From positions 1-64,000 of the forward strand of contig JAVZCB010000005.1 of the NCBI GenBank assembly GCA_038874595.1: a DNA stretch of 64,000 nucleotides, in the 5' to 3' direction. The notes under the pieces were generated by a model, which ran no database searches, was not told the origin of the DNA, and saw nothing but the letters and a program-made list of their open reading frames with translations. The position numbers and the translations under genes were made by a program. Shown piece by piece: positions 39,059 through 49,292 of this stretch; within the stretch, counting starts at the first letter, position 1; each line of letters starts with the position of its first letter. Source of the stretch: Candidatus Micrarchaeia archaeon (GTDB taxonomy: Archaea > Micrarchaeota > Micrarchaeia > CAILAH01).

Positions 39059-40321
39059 TTATCCTGTGCTTGCCGAGTACTTCTTCTCAAGCACCGGTTC
39101 TGCCTTGACAATCTCATCCCCTACTATATAAACCTCAAACTTCCCAATTTCTGGGACGCCGGCCTTTACCGTGCTTGGGAGAATGGCAGTGACATACATA
39201 CTCCTTACATAATACTCCTTCCCACCTATCGGTATCGCAATGTTACCGGTTGATGCGTTGCACACCCTATACACTTCCACGGAGATGGGCGTGTAATTTA
39301 TGCTTTGCAGCGCATTTGCAATTTTCTGCTCGTCACCTTCATAGTTAAACCTCATTTCAAGCATGGGCGGCGAGAAGGAGACGTTAACTGTATTGTTTGT
39401 AACTTTCGCAACCACATCACTTATCTGCTCCTCCGTGTATGTATAGTTATCATAAAACACCAGCTTGTTAAACTGCACCACATAAAGGCCTGGAAGGTAC
39501 TTCTTTATCTCATTAATCTGTGTTTTGTTAAATGTATCGGTTGCATACACTGTGGTATCGCTTACATAGTTGAACCTGATGTTTGTTGCATTAATGGCTT
39601 TGAGGGATTCGTTGAGGGCATCGAGCGACCTGCGCACACCTTCCCTATCGTGCCACATAAAGTACATTCTTGCATAATGCTCCGGATATAACTTTAACGG
39701 GAGCACCGGCATATCTACAACTTCGGTGCGCGCAAGTGGGGTCAGCTTTGCGCCTACCACTTGCCCCTTATATATCTGGACAAGTGCGCTGAAGTACAGC
39801 TGCTCGCCCTTCGCGTACGGCTTTGCAACGTTAATCTTGCTCATTGGTATTGATGCCTTTACCTTGCTGCCGTTCTGAAGAGTAAAATCAAATGCCTGGC
39901 TGCTGTTCACATACGCCTCCAGCAGCATTGTCACATTTTGGTCCAAGGACATCAGGTTCGATGCGACAGGCAGGGTATCATCCCCCGACGATAATGTTAC
40001 TGTGATATACTGTGGGTTTGACTGGTCCAGGTAAATGACCTTATTGCCCGCCTGCAACTGCTTCAGGTAAGCCATTGCTGCAGCATTCGGTCGCGTGAGC
40101 CGGATTACTGGAGAATATGAATTAACTACTAGCATAACGTTCCCCATCCCCACCGAAAGGCTCATCTCCTCTTCTTCAGGTAAGTTCTGGGTCTGGCTTG
40201 TCTGGCCACCGTTTCTAGGCTGGTGCATAAACCACGTAGCAAGTGTTGAAAGCACAAAGATAACTGCAACGAGTACTACGATTGCCTGTATTATCTGCAT
40301 GCGGGTCAGGCTAAGTTTCAT
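39059..40321 (-). CDS. N-terminally anchored extracellular hypothetical protein
   Basis: Probable start MKLSLTRMQ at 40321, which avoids overlap with the PPIase; single TM; many N-x-S/T sequons. Confidence 0.7.
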   Translation of the reverse strand: MKLSLTRMQIIQAIVVLVAVIFVLSTLATWFMHQPRNGGQTSQTQNLPEEEEMSLSVGMGNVMLVVNSYSPVIRLTRPNAAAMAYLKQLQAGNKVIYLDQSNPQYITVTLSSGDDTLPVASNLMSLDQNVTMLLEAYVNSSQAFDFTLQNGSKVKASIPMSKINVAKPYAKGEQLYFSALVQIYKGQVVGAKLTPLARTEVVDMPVLPLKLYPEHYARMYFMWHDREGVRRSLDALNESLKAINATNIRFNYVSDTTVYATDTFNKTQINEIKKYLPGLYVVQFNKLVFYDNYTYTEEQISDVVAKVTNNTVNVSFSPPMLEMRFNYEGDEQKIANALQSINYTPISVEVYRVCNASTGNIAIPIGGKEYYVRSMYVTAILPSTVKAGVPEIGKFEVYIVGDEIVKAEPVLEKKYSASTG

Positions 40322-40386
40322 GGGTTTGATTAAGGGGATAAAGTTTAAAGTGTTTTGGATTTGAATAGTGCCGGAAGGTGTTATGG

Positions 40387-41082
40387 ATGGCAGTAGAGAA
40401 AGGTGATTTGGTAAAGATAGAGTATACTGCATATACAAAGAGCGGCGATGTCATTGACACGACTGATGCTGAGAAAGCAAAAAAAGGCGGGATATTTGAC
40501 CCAAAGAAAAAATATGGCGCTGTGGTAATACATGCAGGCCATAACGATGTGCTGGAAGGTGTTGATGAGGGAATCATTGGGATGGAAGAAAACGTGCCGA
40601 AGGAATTTGAGATCCCACCTGAAAAAGCGTTTGGAAAAAGAAACGAGGACCTGGTAAGGATAATCCCGCTCAAGCAGTTCAGGGAGGCAAATATCAACCC
40701 TGTGCCAGGTCAGGTTATTAATATAGATAATACGCCCGCAACTATTAGGGCTGTGAACAGTGGTAGGGTGGTTGTGGATTTCAATCATCCATTGTCTGGG
40801 GTCCCGCTGAAGTATGAGGTTAAGGTGCTCAAGGATGCAAAATCGCTTCAGGATAAGGCGTTATTGCTTTCGGAGAAGTATGAGATGAAGGCAGATGTGA
40901 AGGTATCTGGAGATAATGTTTCAGTAGACCTTGGTGTGAGCATATTTGATGATAAGAGGGCGCGCGACTCTGCAGCGGTTGCACTTATTGCACGCGAGCT
41001 GAAAGAGCACGGTGCAAAGAAAGTCCAGTTCAAGGGTGAATGGAAGCTTTCAGATGAAAGTGCCAACAAAAAAGAGCATTAA
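40387..41082 (+). CDS. FKBP-type peptidyl-prolyl isomerase (long archaeal type)
   Basis: GDLVKIEYT, IPPEKAFGKR, VVVDFNHPLSG. Confidence 0.93.
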   Translation: MAVEKGDLVKIEYTAYTKSGDVIDTTDAEKAKKGGIFDPKKKYGAVVIHAGHNDVLEGVDEGIIGMEENVPKEFEIPPEKAFGKRNEDLVRIIPLKQFREANINPVPGQVINIDNTPATIRAVNSGRVVVDFNHPLSGVPLKYEVKVLKDAKSLQDKALLLSEKYEMKADVKVSGDNVSVDLGVSIFDDKRARDSAAVALIARELKEHGAKKVQFKGEWKLSDESANKKEH

Positions 41083-41105
41083 GCACTACTGCCACGTTCC
41101 TGGAA

Positions 41106-41990
41106 TTAACGTGCTGACGTATTTAGAAACTTGAGCGCTTTCAATGCGCTCTTTTCCTTATCTTTTATCTCAAGCATTAAATCAAATTCTATCCCTTTTG
41201 TATGAGAGAGAAACTCTGCAAAATCCTTGATATCTATTGAATTCGCGTGCGTACCTGGCCTTGCACCGCGCTGCTGCGAGCAGTAATCACACATTAACGG
41301 GCCGTCCGGTTCGGCCCACGTGTTCTCAGCAAGTAGCATTGCGTTGCGCACACTTTCACCATTATTATTCAAGGAATGGTGAAAACTATCAAACAGCACT
41401 GGCACACCCGTAATGCTGTTAAGCCGCAGGCAGTCCTTCAATGAGAACTGATGGTCATCATTCTCAACCACAACGCGCTTGCGCACTGAGGCGGGGAGCG
41501 CCCTGTACCTTTCAGCGAACCTCTCAATCGCAGCGGCCTTATCTCCATAAATACCACCAACGTGGATTTGGATTTTTGCATCTCTTCCCAGGCACATCAA
41601 ATCAAGAACCTTGGCGTGGTATTCTAGCTCTGCAATGCTTCTCTTAACCACATCATCATCAAGTGCATTAATCAGGACAAACTGGTCCGGGTGCATTGAA
41701 ATGCGTATCCCATTTTCCTTTATGAGCTTGCCTATACTCCTGAACTTCCTGGCAAACTTGCCTGCCCAGTCATATGTGCAGATGGGGTGTGATGCAAACG
41801 GGATTAGGTCTGAGGAAATCCTGAAGAAAAGTAGGCCGTTTTCTACGTTGAATTGGAGTATCTTCTCGAGGCAGGCCAGATTATTTGTTATGTGTGTTTC
41901 CATGTTCTGCTCTGAGTACGACGCAAGCCTGAACGTGGTGTTTGAAGTGCATCCAATACCTCTGTTTATGCACGGGTATCCAATCCGCAT
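41106..41990 (-). CDS. uvsE: UV DNA damage endonuclease UvsE
   Basis: RIGYPC, FFRISSDLIPFASH, SMHPDQF, IHVGG, VENDD, FDSFHH, MLEIKDKE. Confidence 0.94.
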   Translation of the reverse strand: MRIGYPCINRGIGCTSNTTFRLASYSEQNMETHITNNLACLEKILQFNVENGLLFFRISSDLIPFASHPICTYDWAGKFARKFRSIGKLIKENGIRISMHPDQFVLINALDDDVVKRSIAELEYHAKVLDLMCLGRDAKIQIHVGGIYGDKAAAIERFAERYRALPASVRKRVVVENDDHQFSLKDCLRLNSITGVPVLFDSFHHSLNNNGESVRNAMLLAENTWAEPDGPLMCDYCSQQRGARPGTHANSIDIKDFAEFLSHTKGIEFDLMLEIKDKEKSALKALKFLNTSAR

Positions 41991-42124
41991 CAGAAAATTT
42001 CTGCTGCAACATTAAAAATAATTATTAGTTAACACCGTTACTACCAACAAGTGTGCTGTGTGCTGCTTATTGAGTTTTATTGAGATTCTTATTGATAATA
42101 CCAAGTGCCTGCGCGCTTTTTTGC

Positions 42125-42814
42125 CTATCCTTTTATGACAGTGCCATTGTGCGGCCTACCACAAATGGCTTTCTCCACATCGGCCATATTTCTCCCGGTA
42201 ACAAAGTGTGCTTCTATCCCGGAGCGGGCAAGCAGCTTGCAGGCCAGCACATCAAATATGAAATTCTCACCTGCTTTTCTTGAGTCTTTCACGGCTGCAA
42301 GCATAACAAGCTCATTTGAAGTCATCTTCTTGATTTTTTGTGCGTTGCTATCCTTCCGCGGGTCACCTGTATAAATCGCATCGACATTGCTTATGTTAAC
42401 TATCCTTTTTGAGCCCACACGCTCAGCAAGCAGGACTGCATCAGTATCGGTGGTGATACCTGGCAGTGTGCCCCCCATAACAACAAAATCGTTTGTAACA
42501 AGGGCCTGTGCGGCCTCATCAAACGTCTTTGGCAGTGTTTTGTATGCCTTCTCGTGCAGTGCTGCCAATATCAAGTATGCATTCTGCCACGTGCTCATTA
42601 TGGCCGCCTGGTCTGCAAGAAACTCGTTGGGCGTAATCTTTCTCATTGCACGCGCGTAGGTGCGTGCTGCCGCGCCACCACCCGTCACTATAGCAAATTT
42701 GTACTTGTTTGAAAGCTTTAACAAAAGAGCAGCTATCCTTTTTATGTACTCAATATCTGGCTCGCCAGGGACAATAAGGCTACCACCTATCGAAAGTGTG
42801 ATTACCGGCTTCAT
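42125..42814 (-). CDS. pyrH: UMP kinase
   Basis: SIGGS, VTGGGAAARTY, MGGTLPGITTD, NVDAIYTGDP. Confidence 0.93.
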   Translation of the reverse strand: MKPVITLSIGGSLIVPGEPDIEYIKRIAALLLKLSNKYKFAIVTGGGAAARTYARAMRKITPNEFLADQAAIMSTWQNAYLILAALHEKAYKTLPKTFDEAAQALVTNDFVVMGGTLPGITTDTDAVLLAERVGSKRIVNISNVDAIYTGDPRKDSNAQKIKKMTSNELVMLAAVKDSRKAGENFIFDVLACKLLARSGIEAHFVTGRNMADVEKAICGRPHNGTVIKG

Positions 42815-42898
42815 GATAAGGTGTATGCAAATAATGTTAAAAATATGCAATCATGCAAAAGGACCGCATGCCTTAATGCTGGATTATGTTACACCCAC

Positions 42899-43567
42899 TC
42901 AATAGCAAAAATGCCTCTTGAAGAGGTAATCTGCAATATTGTTGTTGCCGCACATGCGTGCTATATCAATTGCAGTATGCTGCCATTCATCCTCAAACAA
43001 TATCCACGCGCCATTATTAACCAGCATCCTGGCTATGCGCATGCTACCGCTCGCTGATGCAAACATCAACGCCGTGGAGCCAGAGAAGTTGCGTGCATTG
43101 ACATCCGCTCCTGCATCAATAAGCATCTTTGCAATTGTTACTTCGCTAAGTGATGCCGCCCACATCAGTGCGTTGTCGCCAAGCACTGTCGGCAGGTCAA
43201 CCTGTGCGCCTGCATTGAGCAGATGGGATACAATCCTAATCCTGTTGCACATTGTAGCCAATACTATTACAGGTGTGCCCTCATCATCAACCACGTTTGG
43301 GTTTGCACCGCTTTCAAGCAGTGCTTTGACCGCACCGCTGTCACCTTTCAGGGTAGCATAAATAAGTGCATAGCCGAGCTGTACGTCATGTCCCTGCTTG
43401 TAAATCCAATTTAAGTCAGGGATGAGCTTATTTATCTTGTTTGTCAAGGGCAGCATAGCATTTTTTCGAAAACTGTTTATCCTATGTGCCTTCTCTGCGG
43501 GGGACTGCGAAGGCTCAACAATAAAATCGCATGCCTGCACTGTTGCTGTTTTCATCTGGCTGATCAT
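42899..43567 (-). CDS. Ankyrin repeat protein
   Basis: 4-5 ankyrin repeats (LLESGANPN, LLNAGAQVD, LIDAGADVNARNFSGSTALMFA). Confidence 0.9.
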   Translation of the reverse strand: MISQMKTATVQACDFIVEPSQSPAEKAHRINSFRKNAMLPLTNKINKLIPDLNWIYKQGHDVQLGYALIYATLKGDSGAVKALLESGANPNVVDDEGTPVIVLATMCNRIRIVSHLLNAGAQVDLPTVLGDNALMWAASLSEVTIAKMLIDAGADVNARNFSGSTALMFASASGSMRIARMLVNNGAWILFEDEWQHTAIDIARMCGNNNIADYLFKRHFCY

Positions 43568-43783
43568 TTTGCCCCACTCAGTATATATTATTGTATTTCA
43601 TACTTAAAAACATTTTGATAGCAGGAAAAGCTAAAACAGGTTAAAAATCATAAAAGCGCTTTTTTTGAAAATTATAGTGAATAGAAGCTTATAAAAGCGA
43701 ATTGCGCTTTTATAATTGCTTTTTTGCTCAAACAGATTAACTAAGGTGTTTTTTGCCTCTAAAAAAACAAAGAAAAAGCGTTA

Positions 43784-43846
43784 CCGCCTGAAAAGTTAAG
43801 ATTAAATATGGGCATAAAATTTCCGCCTGAATTTTAAGCTTAAATA
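43784..43846 (+). promoter_or_regulatory. Direct repeat / duplicated promoter-like element upstream of the RNR gene
   Basis: ccgcctgaaaagttaagattaaata (43784) and ccgcctgaattttaagcttaaata (43823). Confidence 0.5.
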
Positions 43847-43927
43847 GAAATTGCTATAATGTATTGGTGCGGGGGGTTAAGTAAAATCGCATGCCTATGA
43901 GTTTTACTGCCTAAGCGGGGTGTTTTA

Positions 43928-46783
43928 ATGGGAGATTATCCAAAGGAGATAATTAAGCGTGATGGACGGAAAGTCCCTTTTGAAATTAACAGGATGAAAA
44001 ACTCAATAAAGAAGGCAATGATTGCTGAGAATTCTTACAAGGCCGATATGTTAGAGAAGGTTGTGGCAGATGCGCTCAAGAGCATAAACATGGTGTTTAA
44101 GGATAAAACCCCTACAGTTGAGGAGGTCCAGGATATAATTGAAGTCGCGCTCATGAAGAACAACCTGTTTAGGGTTGCCAAGTCATACATCATATATAGA
44201 AACGAGAAGACAAAGCTTCGGGAGGAAAAAAAGAAGATACTAAATAAGACTGAGCTTGATGAGGTTGACAAGAGGTTCAGTATAAATGCACTGCGCCTGC
44301 TTGCTGCGCGGTATCTCATAAAAGATGACAAGGATATGCCTGTTGAAACACCAAAGCAGATGTTCCAGCGTGTTGCGCTTGCAATGTCCCTACCTGAGAT
44401 ATTTTATGATACTCGTGTATATTCCAAGGAGCCGAAGTTTATCATAAGAAAGGAGGATGCGGATATTGAGCTTGCTGAGTATGCACAGCGGCTTGATGAC
44501 TATGATAATAAGTATAGCCTGAACGGCTACAAGATTAACAAATGGAATTTTAGCAGGATGATTGCACTGTACAGGGAGCTTGCGCAGGAGGGCAGGATGA
44601 AGATACGCTTTACCGAAGTGCTAAAAATGCTCGAAAGGGGAGAGTTTACGCGTGCAGCAATGATTGCACAGCGCGCGTTTGACCTTATGACAAGCAAGGA
44701 TTTCATGCCAAACACACCAACATTGGTTAATGCTGGAAGGAAACTTGGAATGCTCTCCGCATGCTTTACGCTTGATGTTGAGGATGACTTGGAATCAATT
44801 ATGAAGCTGGCGCACGACTGCGCAATAATACACAAGAGCGGTGGCGGTACCGGAATGAATTTCTCAAAGCTACGGCCCGAGGGAGACATTGTAGCCTCAA
44901 CAACCGGAGTGGCAAGCGGCCCAATCTCCTTTATGAGGATGATAGATGCCGTATCCGAGGTAATCAAGCAGGGCGGGGTTAGGAGAGCTGCAAATATGGG
45001 TATCCTTGAGATATGGCACCCGGATATAGAAAAGTTTGTGACTGCAAAGGGGAAGGAGGGTGTTTTGGAAAATTTCAATATATCTGTTGGGATAACCGCG
45101 GACTTTTGGCCGTACCTTGAGAGAGGGGAGGATTACCCGCTCAGGCATCCACGAACAAACGCTATCATAAGAAAGACTGACCCGAGAAAACTGTTCAACC
45201 TGATTGCATATAACGCCTGGGCGTCAGCTGACCCGGGTGTTCTCTTCTTTGACAATATCAACAAGAGAAACGTTATGAAACGGCTGCGCGGGGATGTGCG
45301 CGTAACAAACCCGTGCGGTGAGGAGCCACTTTACCCGTATGAATCCTGCAACCTGGCGAGCATAAATGTAGGCAACTTTGTGGTGAAGAACGATTCTGGT
45401 GAGTATGAGTTTGACTGGGAAGCGTATCACGAAACTATAAAATTTGTTGCACGTGTTCTTGACAATATAATAAGCATAAACAAGTATCCTATTGAGGATA
45501 TAGATATCACCACAAAGAAATCAAGAAGGATTGGTGTTGGGCTGATGGGTGTTGCTGATGCGTTGTTCAAGCTGAAGATAAAATACAACAGCAAGGAAGG
45601 GTTCATCTTCTTAAAGAAGCTTGCAGAGCACCTCACATATTACACATACGATTCATCAAGCGAAACTGCCGTGGAAAGAGGTACTTTCCCGATATATGAT
45701 GAGACCGATTATCCGAAAGGTGAGCTGCCTATCGAGGGGTACTATCATAAGGAGGAGTGGACGTGCGACTGGGATGCCCTTGTTGAAAAAATAAAGAGAA
45801 ACGGCTTGAGAAACGCCATGGTCACAACTGCACCCCCAACGGGGTCGATTGGGATGATTGCAGATGCGAGCACTGGGATTGAGCCGGTGTTCTCACTTGC
45901 GTTCGAGAAGAGGGTTTCTGTGGGGTCTTTCTATTACACAAATGAGGTCTTTGAGGAAGAAATCAAGAAGCGCGGACTCTATTCAAGCGAGCTTGTCAAG
46001 AGTATCGTTGATAATTACGGGAGCATCCAGGGACTGCCGGATTCAGTGATGCCTAAAGATATAAAAGATGTATTTGTGACTGCGATGGATATTCACTGGG
46101 CAGACCACATAATGGCACAGGCTGTAATGCAAATGTGGATTACTGATAGCATCAGCAAGACAATTAACATGCCATCCAGCATTACTGTTGAGGATGTTGA
46201 GCAGGCATATCTCATATCGCACGAGCTTGGCTGCAAAGGGATAACTATTTACAGAGATGAGTCCAAGAGCAGGCAGGTGCTTAACCTGAACGGTGAGAAG
46301 AAGGGGCAAAGAGTAGGAGCAAGAATAAGCGATTACACGTTGGGTGTTATAAGGTCGATAATGATCGAGAGACCGTATCTCTCTGATTACCTAAAACTCA
46401 CTGGGGGCACCGCATCAAGCGCTGAAGCGGTTATTACTGCTCCGCTTAAAAGCGTTGTTGAGGGTGGGATTGTCCAAATGAGTGTTGCTGGCTCTGCTGA
46501 AAGCTCGGTAGTTACCTCTGTTGAGCCAATAGTAAATCCTGTTTTAAACAATGGGGAGTTAGGGGAAATAAACCCTGTCATAAAAAGCAATGAGGAAGTA
46601 ATTGTTGGGAAAGAGCATACTAAAGTACGACTTCTAGCTGAATCTGCCGGGAATGTTGTACAAAACCATAAAGTGTCACAGAGTGTTCTCATATGCCCGT
46701 CGTGCGATAGCACAAACGTTGCAAAAGAGTCTGGATGCATGTCTTGCAAAGATTGCGGGTGGAGCGCTTGCACCATTTCGTAA
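43928..46783 (+). CDS. nrdJ: Class II (adenosylcobalamin-dependent) ribonucleotide reductase with ATP cone
   Basis: IIKRDG ATP cone, PNTPTLVNAG, LSACF, TNPCGE, ESCNLASIN, PPTGS, KGITIYRD, C-terminal Cys cluster. Confidence 0.93.
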   Translation: MGDYPKEIIKRDGRKVPFEINRMKNSIKKAMIAENSYKADMLEKVVADALKSINMVFKDKTPTVEEVQDIIEVALMKNNLFRVAKSYIIYRNEKTKLREEKKKILNKTELDEVDKRFSINALRLLAARYLIKDDKDMPVETPKQMFQRVALAMSLPEIFYDTRVYSKEPKFIIRKEDADIELAEYAQRLDDYDNKYSLNGYKINKWNFSRMIALYRELAQEGRMKIRFTEVLKMLERGEFTRAAMIAQRAFDLMTSKDFMPNTPTLVNAGRKLGMLSACFTLDVEDDLESIMKLAHDCAIIHKSGGGTGMNFSKLRPEGDIVASTTGVASGPISFMRMIDAVSEVIKQGGVRRAANMGILEIWHPDIEKFVTAKGKEGVLENFNISVGITADFWPYLERGEDYPLRHPRTNAIIRKTDPRKLFNLIAYNAWASADPGVLFFDNINKRNVMKRLRGDVRVTNPCGEEPLYPYESCNLASINVGNFVVKNDSGEYEFDWEAYHETIKFVARVLDNIISINKYPIEDIDITTKKSRRIGVGLMGVADALFKLKIKYNSKEGFIFLKKLAEHLTYYTYDSSSETAVERGTFPIYDETDYPKGELPIEGYYHKEEWTCDWDALVEKIKRNGLRNAMVTTAPPTGSIGMIADASTGIEPVFSLAFEKRVSVGSFYYTNEVFEEEIKKRGLYSSELVKSIVDNYGSIQGLPDSVMPKDIKDVFVTAMDIHWADHIMAQAVMQMWITDSISKTINMPSSITVEDVEQAYLISHELGCKGITIYRDESKSRQVLNLNGEKKGQRVGARISDYTLGVIRSIMIERPYLSDYLKLTGGTASSAEAVITAPLKSVVEGGIVQMSVAGSAESSVVTSVEPIVNPVLNNGELGEINPVIKSNEEVIVGKEHTKVRLLAESAGNVVQNHKVSQSVLICPSCDSTNVAKESGCMSCKDCGWSACTIS

Positions 46784-46862
46784 GAAAGATGCAAGGAAAT
46801 ACCTGAATGCGGAAGCGTAATACAAGATATAAAAACATTACTAATGAAGTATTGATGGTGTT

Positions 46863-48998
46863 ATGGAATTAAAGTGGGTGCTACTATCCTTTATGTTTAT
46901 CTTATCGCTCATGGTTATTGTAAATGCTGCAGATTGTCCTACACCTATAAGCGCCCCGGGCACGTATGTTATGAGTGAAGATTATGCTGGCGCGCCTTAT
47001 AGTGATCCGATTGTGGATGGAAAAGCGTGTGTAAAAATCACTTCAAGTGATGTCATATTTGACTGCAACAACCACTATATACACAACAATGGAACTGCTG
47101 GATTAACTTATGGTATTCTGGTTGTCAGCAATTTACCAGTAACAAACGTAACAATAAAAAATTGCCGCGGGATTTATGATTATACCGATGGGATATATTT
47201 TCACGAAACACAAAACTCGCGAATTGAAAAAGTAGTTTCAAATAATAACGGTAATGGTTTTGTGGTTAATGGTGGCCAAAACAATACTATTTTCAATAAC
47301 ACTGTGCACTCAAACGAATATGGGATTTCAATATTGAGCTCATCGAAGAATATTGTTGAGAAAAATTACATATATTCACAAAAAGAAGGGGTGATTATAA
47401 CCCTCTCAACAAAAAACACAGTCAAGGATAATAAAATCTATAATAACGTAATTAATGGGATATCCCTAACTTTGTTATCTATGTATAACAACCTCACAGG
47501 AAACACACTTGAGAACAATGGGATACGGGGAGTATATGCAGAACTTGCCTCACACCACAACTATGTCTACAATAATTCAGCAAAAGGAGGGACATGGGGA
47601 TTTAGGTTTACCTCTTCCGGTAATACCACGCTTATAAAAAACACTGCTAGTGAAAGCATAGTAGGATTTCTTGTTGAGCAAAGCGAGAACTGCACCCTAA
47701 AAAACAACATTGCCATAAGAAATTCTGATACTGGTTTTGCGGTGGGACAACTATCACACAGGACAAAGATGGAAAACAACACTGGCTATGGCTCGGATAA
47801 TGGGCTTTATATTGATACAAGCAATAATGTGGTTGTTGACACGTTTACCACATACAACAACGATTTGTACGGGATATATATACTAGATTCTTACGGGGCG
47901 CAGATTAAAAACGTGCACGTGTACAACAGCTCAACAGAGTTCTATGCAGAGTCAGGAGGTGTTACAACTTCCATTAGTGTTACAAACATCACGATAGATA
48001 ATCCAAACGGCGGGTTTGTCAACAAGACGGTCCTTAACATATTTGATACCATAAATAACGGTGAAGAGCTTGCAATTAAGTGGGTGAGGAACACATATCC
48101 CCTACCACCCGGCAAATCTTCGTTTGAAGGCAAGTTCCTTAATATTAGCGGCGTTGCATCCATAAACAAGATAGAATGGCTCTGGACGCTGAGTGAATCC
48201 AGCGGGTACGATGAGGAATCGTTTGAGCTCGCAAAATATAGCGGCTCGGGATGGTCACGCGTAAGTGCAACTCTTGATATTGTACTGCATAAAATGACTG
48301 TGTACAATTTACTGCCTGCGAGCATATACGGGATTCTTGGTAATGGTAGCACACTAAACTACACAATTGCGGACATATACCGCGCAAACGTAACAAACAG
48401 GACAAGCCTGGCAAGATGGAGTGGTACTGGCGAGGCAGGGAGGGCAAATATTGAAGGAGGCAACATCAGCGACCTGAACTTAAGCTCAAGAACACTTACA
48501 GACAGATGGGCTGCTTTCTATGGTGATATTGTAGGTAGTATTTATCTTACAACCAATGCAGGAGGCCTTTCTAATTATGTTTATATGTGGAACTGGGCGC
48601 CTGCATACGGTGGTACTGTATGCGCATCAACTAATTCATCGATGTTAAGCATAAATGTGACAGGCGCAAGCGGCAGGGATGTTGATGGTGCGTGGGGTTT
48701 TGGGGATGCGGCTGATAACGGGAGGAACACGTTTGTCGGGCTAGGGTGTGATATCTTGCTTGGAAGCGCAAACGTAACCGGTGCGGACTTTGCAGACACT
48801 GGTGCAGCTGGTGGTTTCAGGACGTGTGCACTCAAGACAAAAAAATCCCCTTCAAAAAGCAATATGCTGTTTTGTACGCGTATAGATGCAAATGGTGCGG
48901 CCTTTGATAATACACCTGCAAACTTTGAGATTATTGTTCCTACTGCTTTTGGTAATGGTGTGTTTGAGACATACTATTTCTATGCTGCTTTTGATTAA
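46863..48998 (+). CDS. Secreted parallel beta-helix (NosD/PbH1-like) protein with C-terminal GGN-W family domain; candidate tip adhesin
   Basis: 711 aa. Signal peptide; many GIxLxxSxxNxIxNN-type repeats; C-terminal domain (48370-48998) aligns with 11397-12020 and 6353-7027. Confidence 0.82.
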   Translation: MELKWVLLSFMFILSLMVIVNAADCPTPISAPGTYVMSEDYAGAPYSDPIVDGKACVKITSSDVIFDCNNHYIHNNGTAGLTYGILVVSNLPVTNVTIKNCRGIYDYTDGIYFHETQNSRIEKVVSNNNGNGFVVNGGQNNTIFNNTVHSNEYGISILSSSKNIVEKNYIYSQKEGVIITLSTKNTVKDNKIYNNVINGISLTLLSMYNNLTGNTLENNGIRGVYAELASHHNYVYNNSAKGGTWGFRFTSSGNTTLIKNTASESIVGFLVEQSENCTLKNNIAIRNSDTGFAVGQLSHRTKMENNTGYGSDNGLYIDTSNNVVVDTFTTYNNDLYGIYILDSYGAQIKNVHVYNSSTEFYAESGGVTTSISVTNITIDNPNGGFVNKTVLNIFDTINNGEELAIKWVRNTYPLPPGKSSFEGKFLNISGVASINKIEWLWTLSESSGYDEESFELAKYSGSGWSRVSATLDIVLHKMTVYNLLPASIYGILGNGSTLNYTIADIYRANVTNRTSLARWSGTGEAGRANIEGGNISDLNLSSRTLTDRWAAFYGDIVGSIYLTTNAGGLSNYVYMWNWAPAYGGTVCASTNSSMLSINVTGASGRDVDGAWGFGDAADNGRNTFVGLGCDILLGSANVTGADFADTGAAGGFRTCALKTKKSPSKSNMLFCTRIDANGAAFDNTPANFEIIVPTAFGNGVFETYYFYAAFD

Positions 48999-49126
48999 GC
49001 GCTGGCAATTAACAAGAATGCTTTGCATAGGTTATCTTCTTTTGACTTTAGGCAAATACTGGCAATTGGAAACCCACTTCCAAAAGCGCAATATATACCC
49101 TTACCAAAATCACTAGTGGTGGTAAT

Positions 49127-49237
49127 ATGCGAATGGGTGTGGAAGGAATAAGAGTGAAAGACCTTGCAAAGATGCTCAGTGAGAAAGCGGATGTTGTGTT
49201 TGAGAGAAAGACGGGTGTTACTGCTGTGCTGATATGA
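49127..49237 (+). CDS. Putative 36-aa small protein (not in the ORF track)
   Basis: GTGGTGGT-aat-ATG; MRMGVEGIRVKDLAKMLSEKADVVFERKTGVTAVLI*. Confidence 0.5.
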   Translation: MRMGVEGIRVKDLAKMLSEKADVVFERKTGVTAVLI

Positions 49238-49292
49238 GCTGAGAGTGCCTGTAAAAAGATAAGCATATAGTATTTGCGAGGGAAAAGGGGTT

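Noticed and set aside
40322-40438. ORF-track N-terminal extension of 39059-40438
   Set aside because: Overlaps the divergent PPIase gene; the ATG at 40321 directly precedes the TM segment.
43928-46783. Inteins in NrdJ (also checked RadA, Cdc6, RFC-L, Lon-like, Lhr)
   Set aside because: Lengths are ordinary, catalytic motifs are contiguous, and no splice-junction or LAGLIDADG motifs were seen.
11397-48998. Diversity-generating retroelement TR/VR pair between the two similar C-terminal domains
   Set aside because: Similarity is at protein level with differences at all base types, and no reverse transcriptase is in the window.
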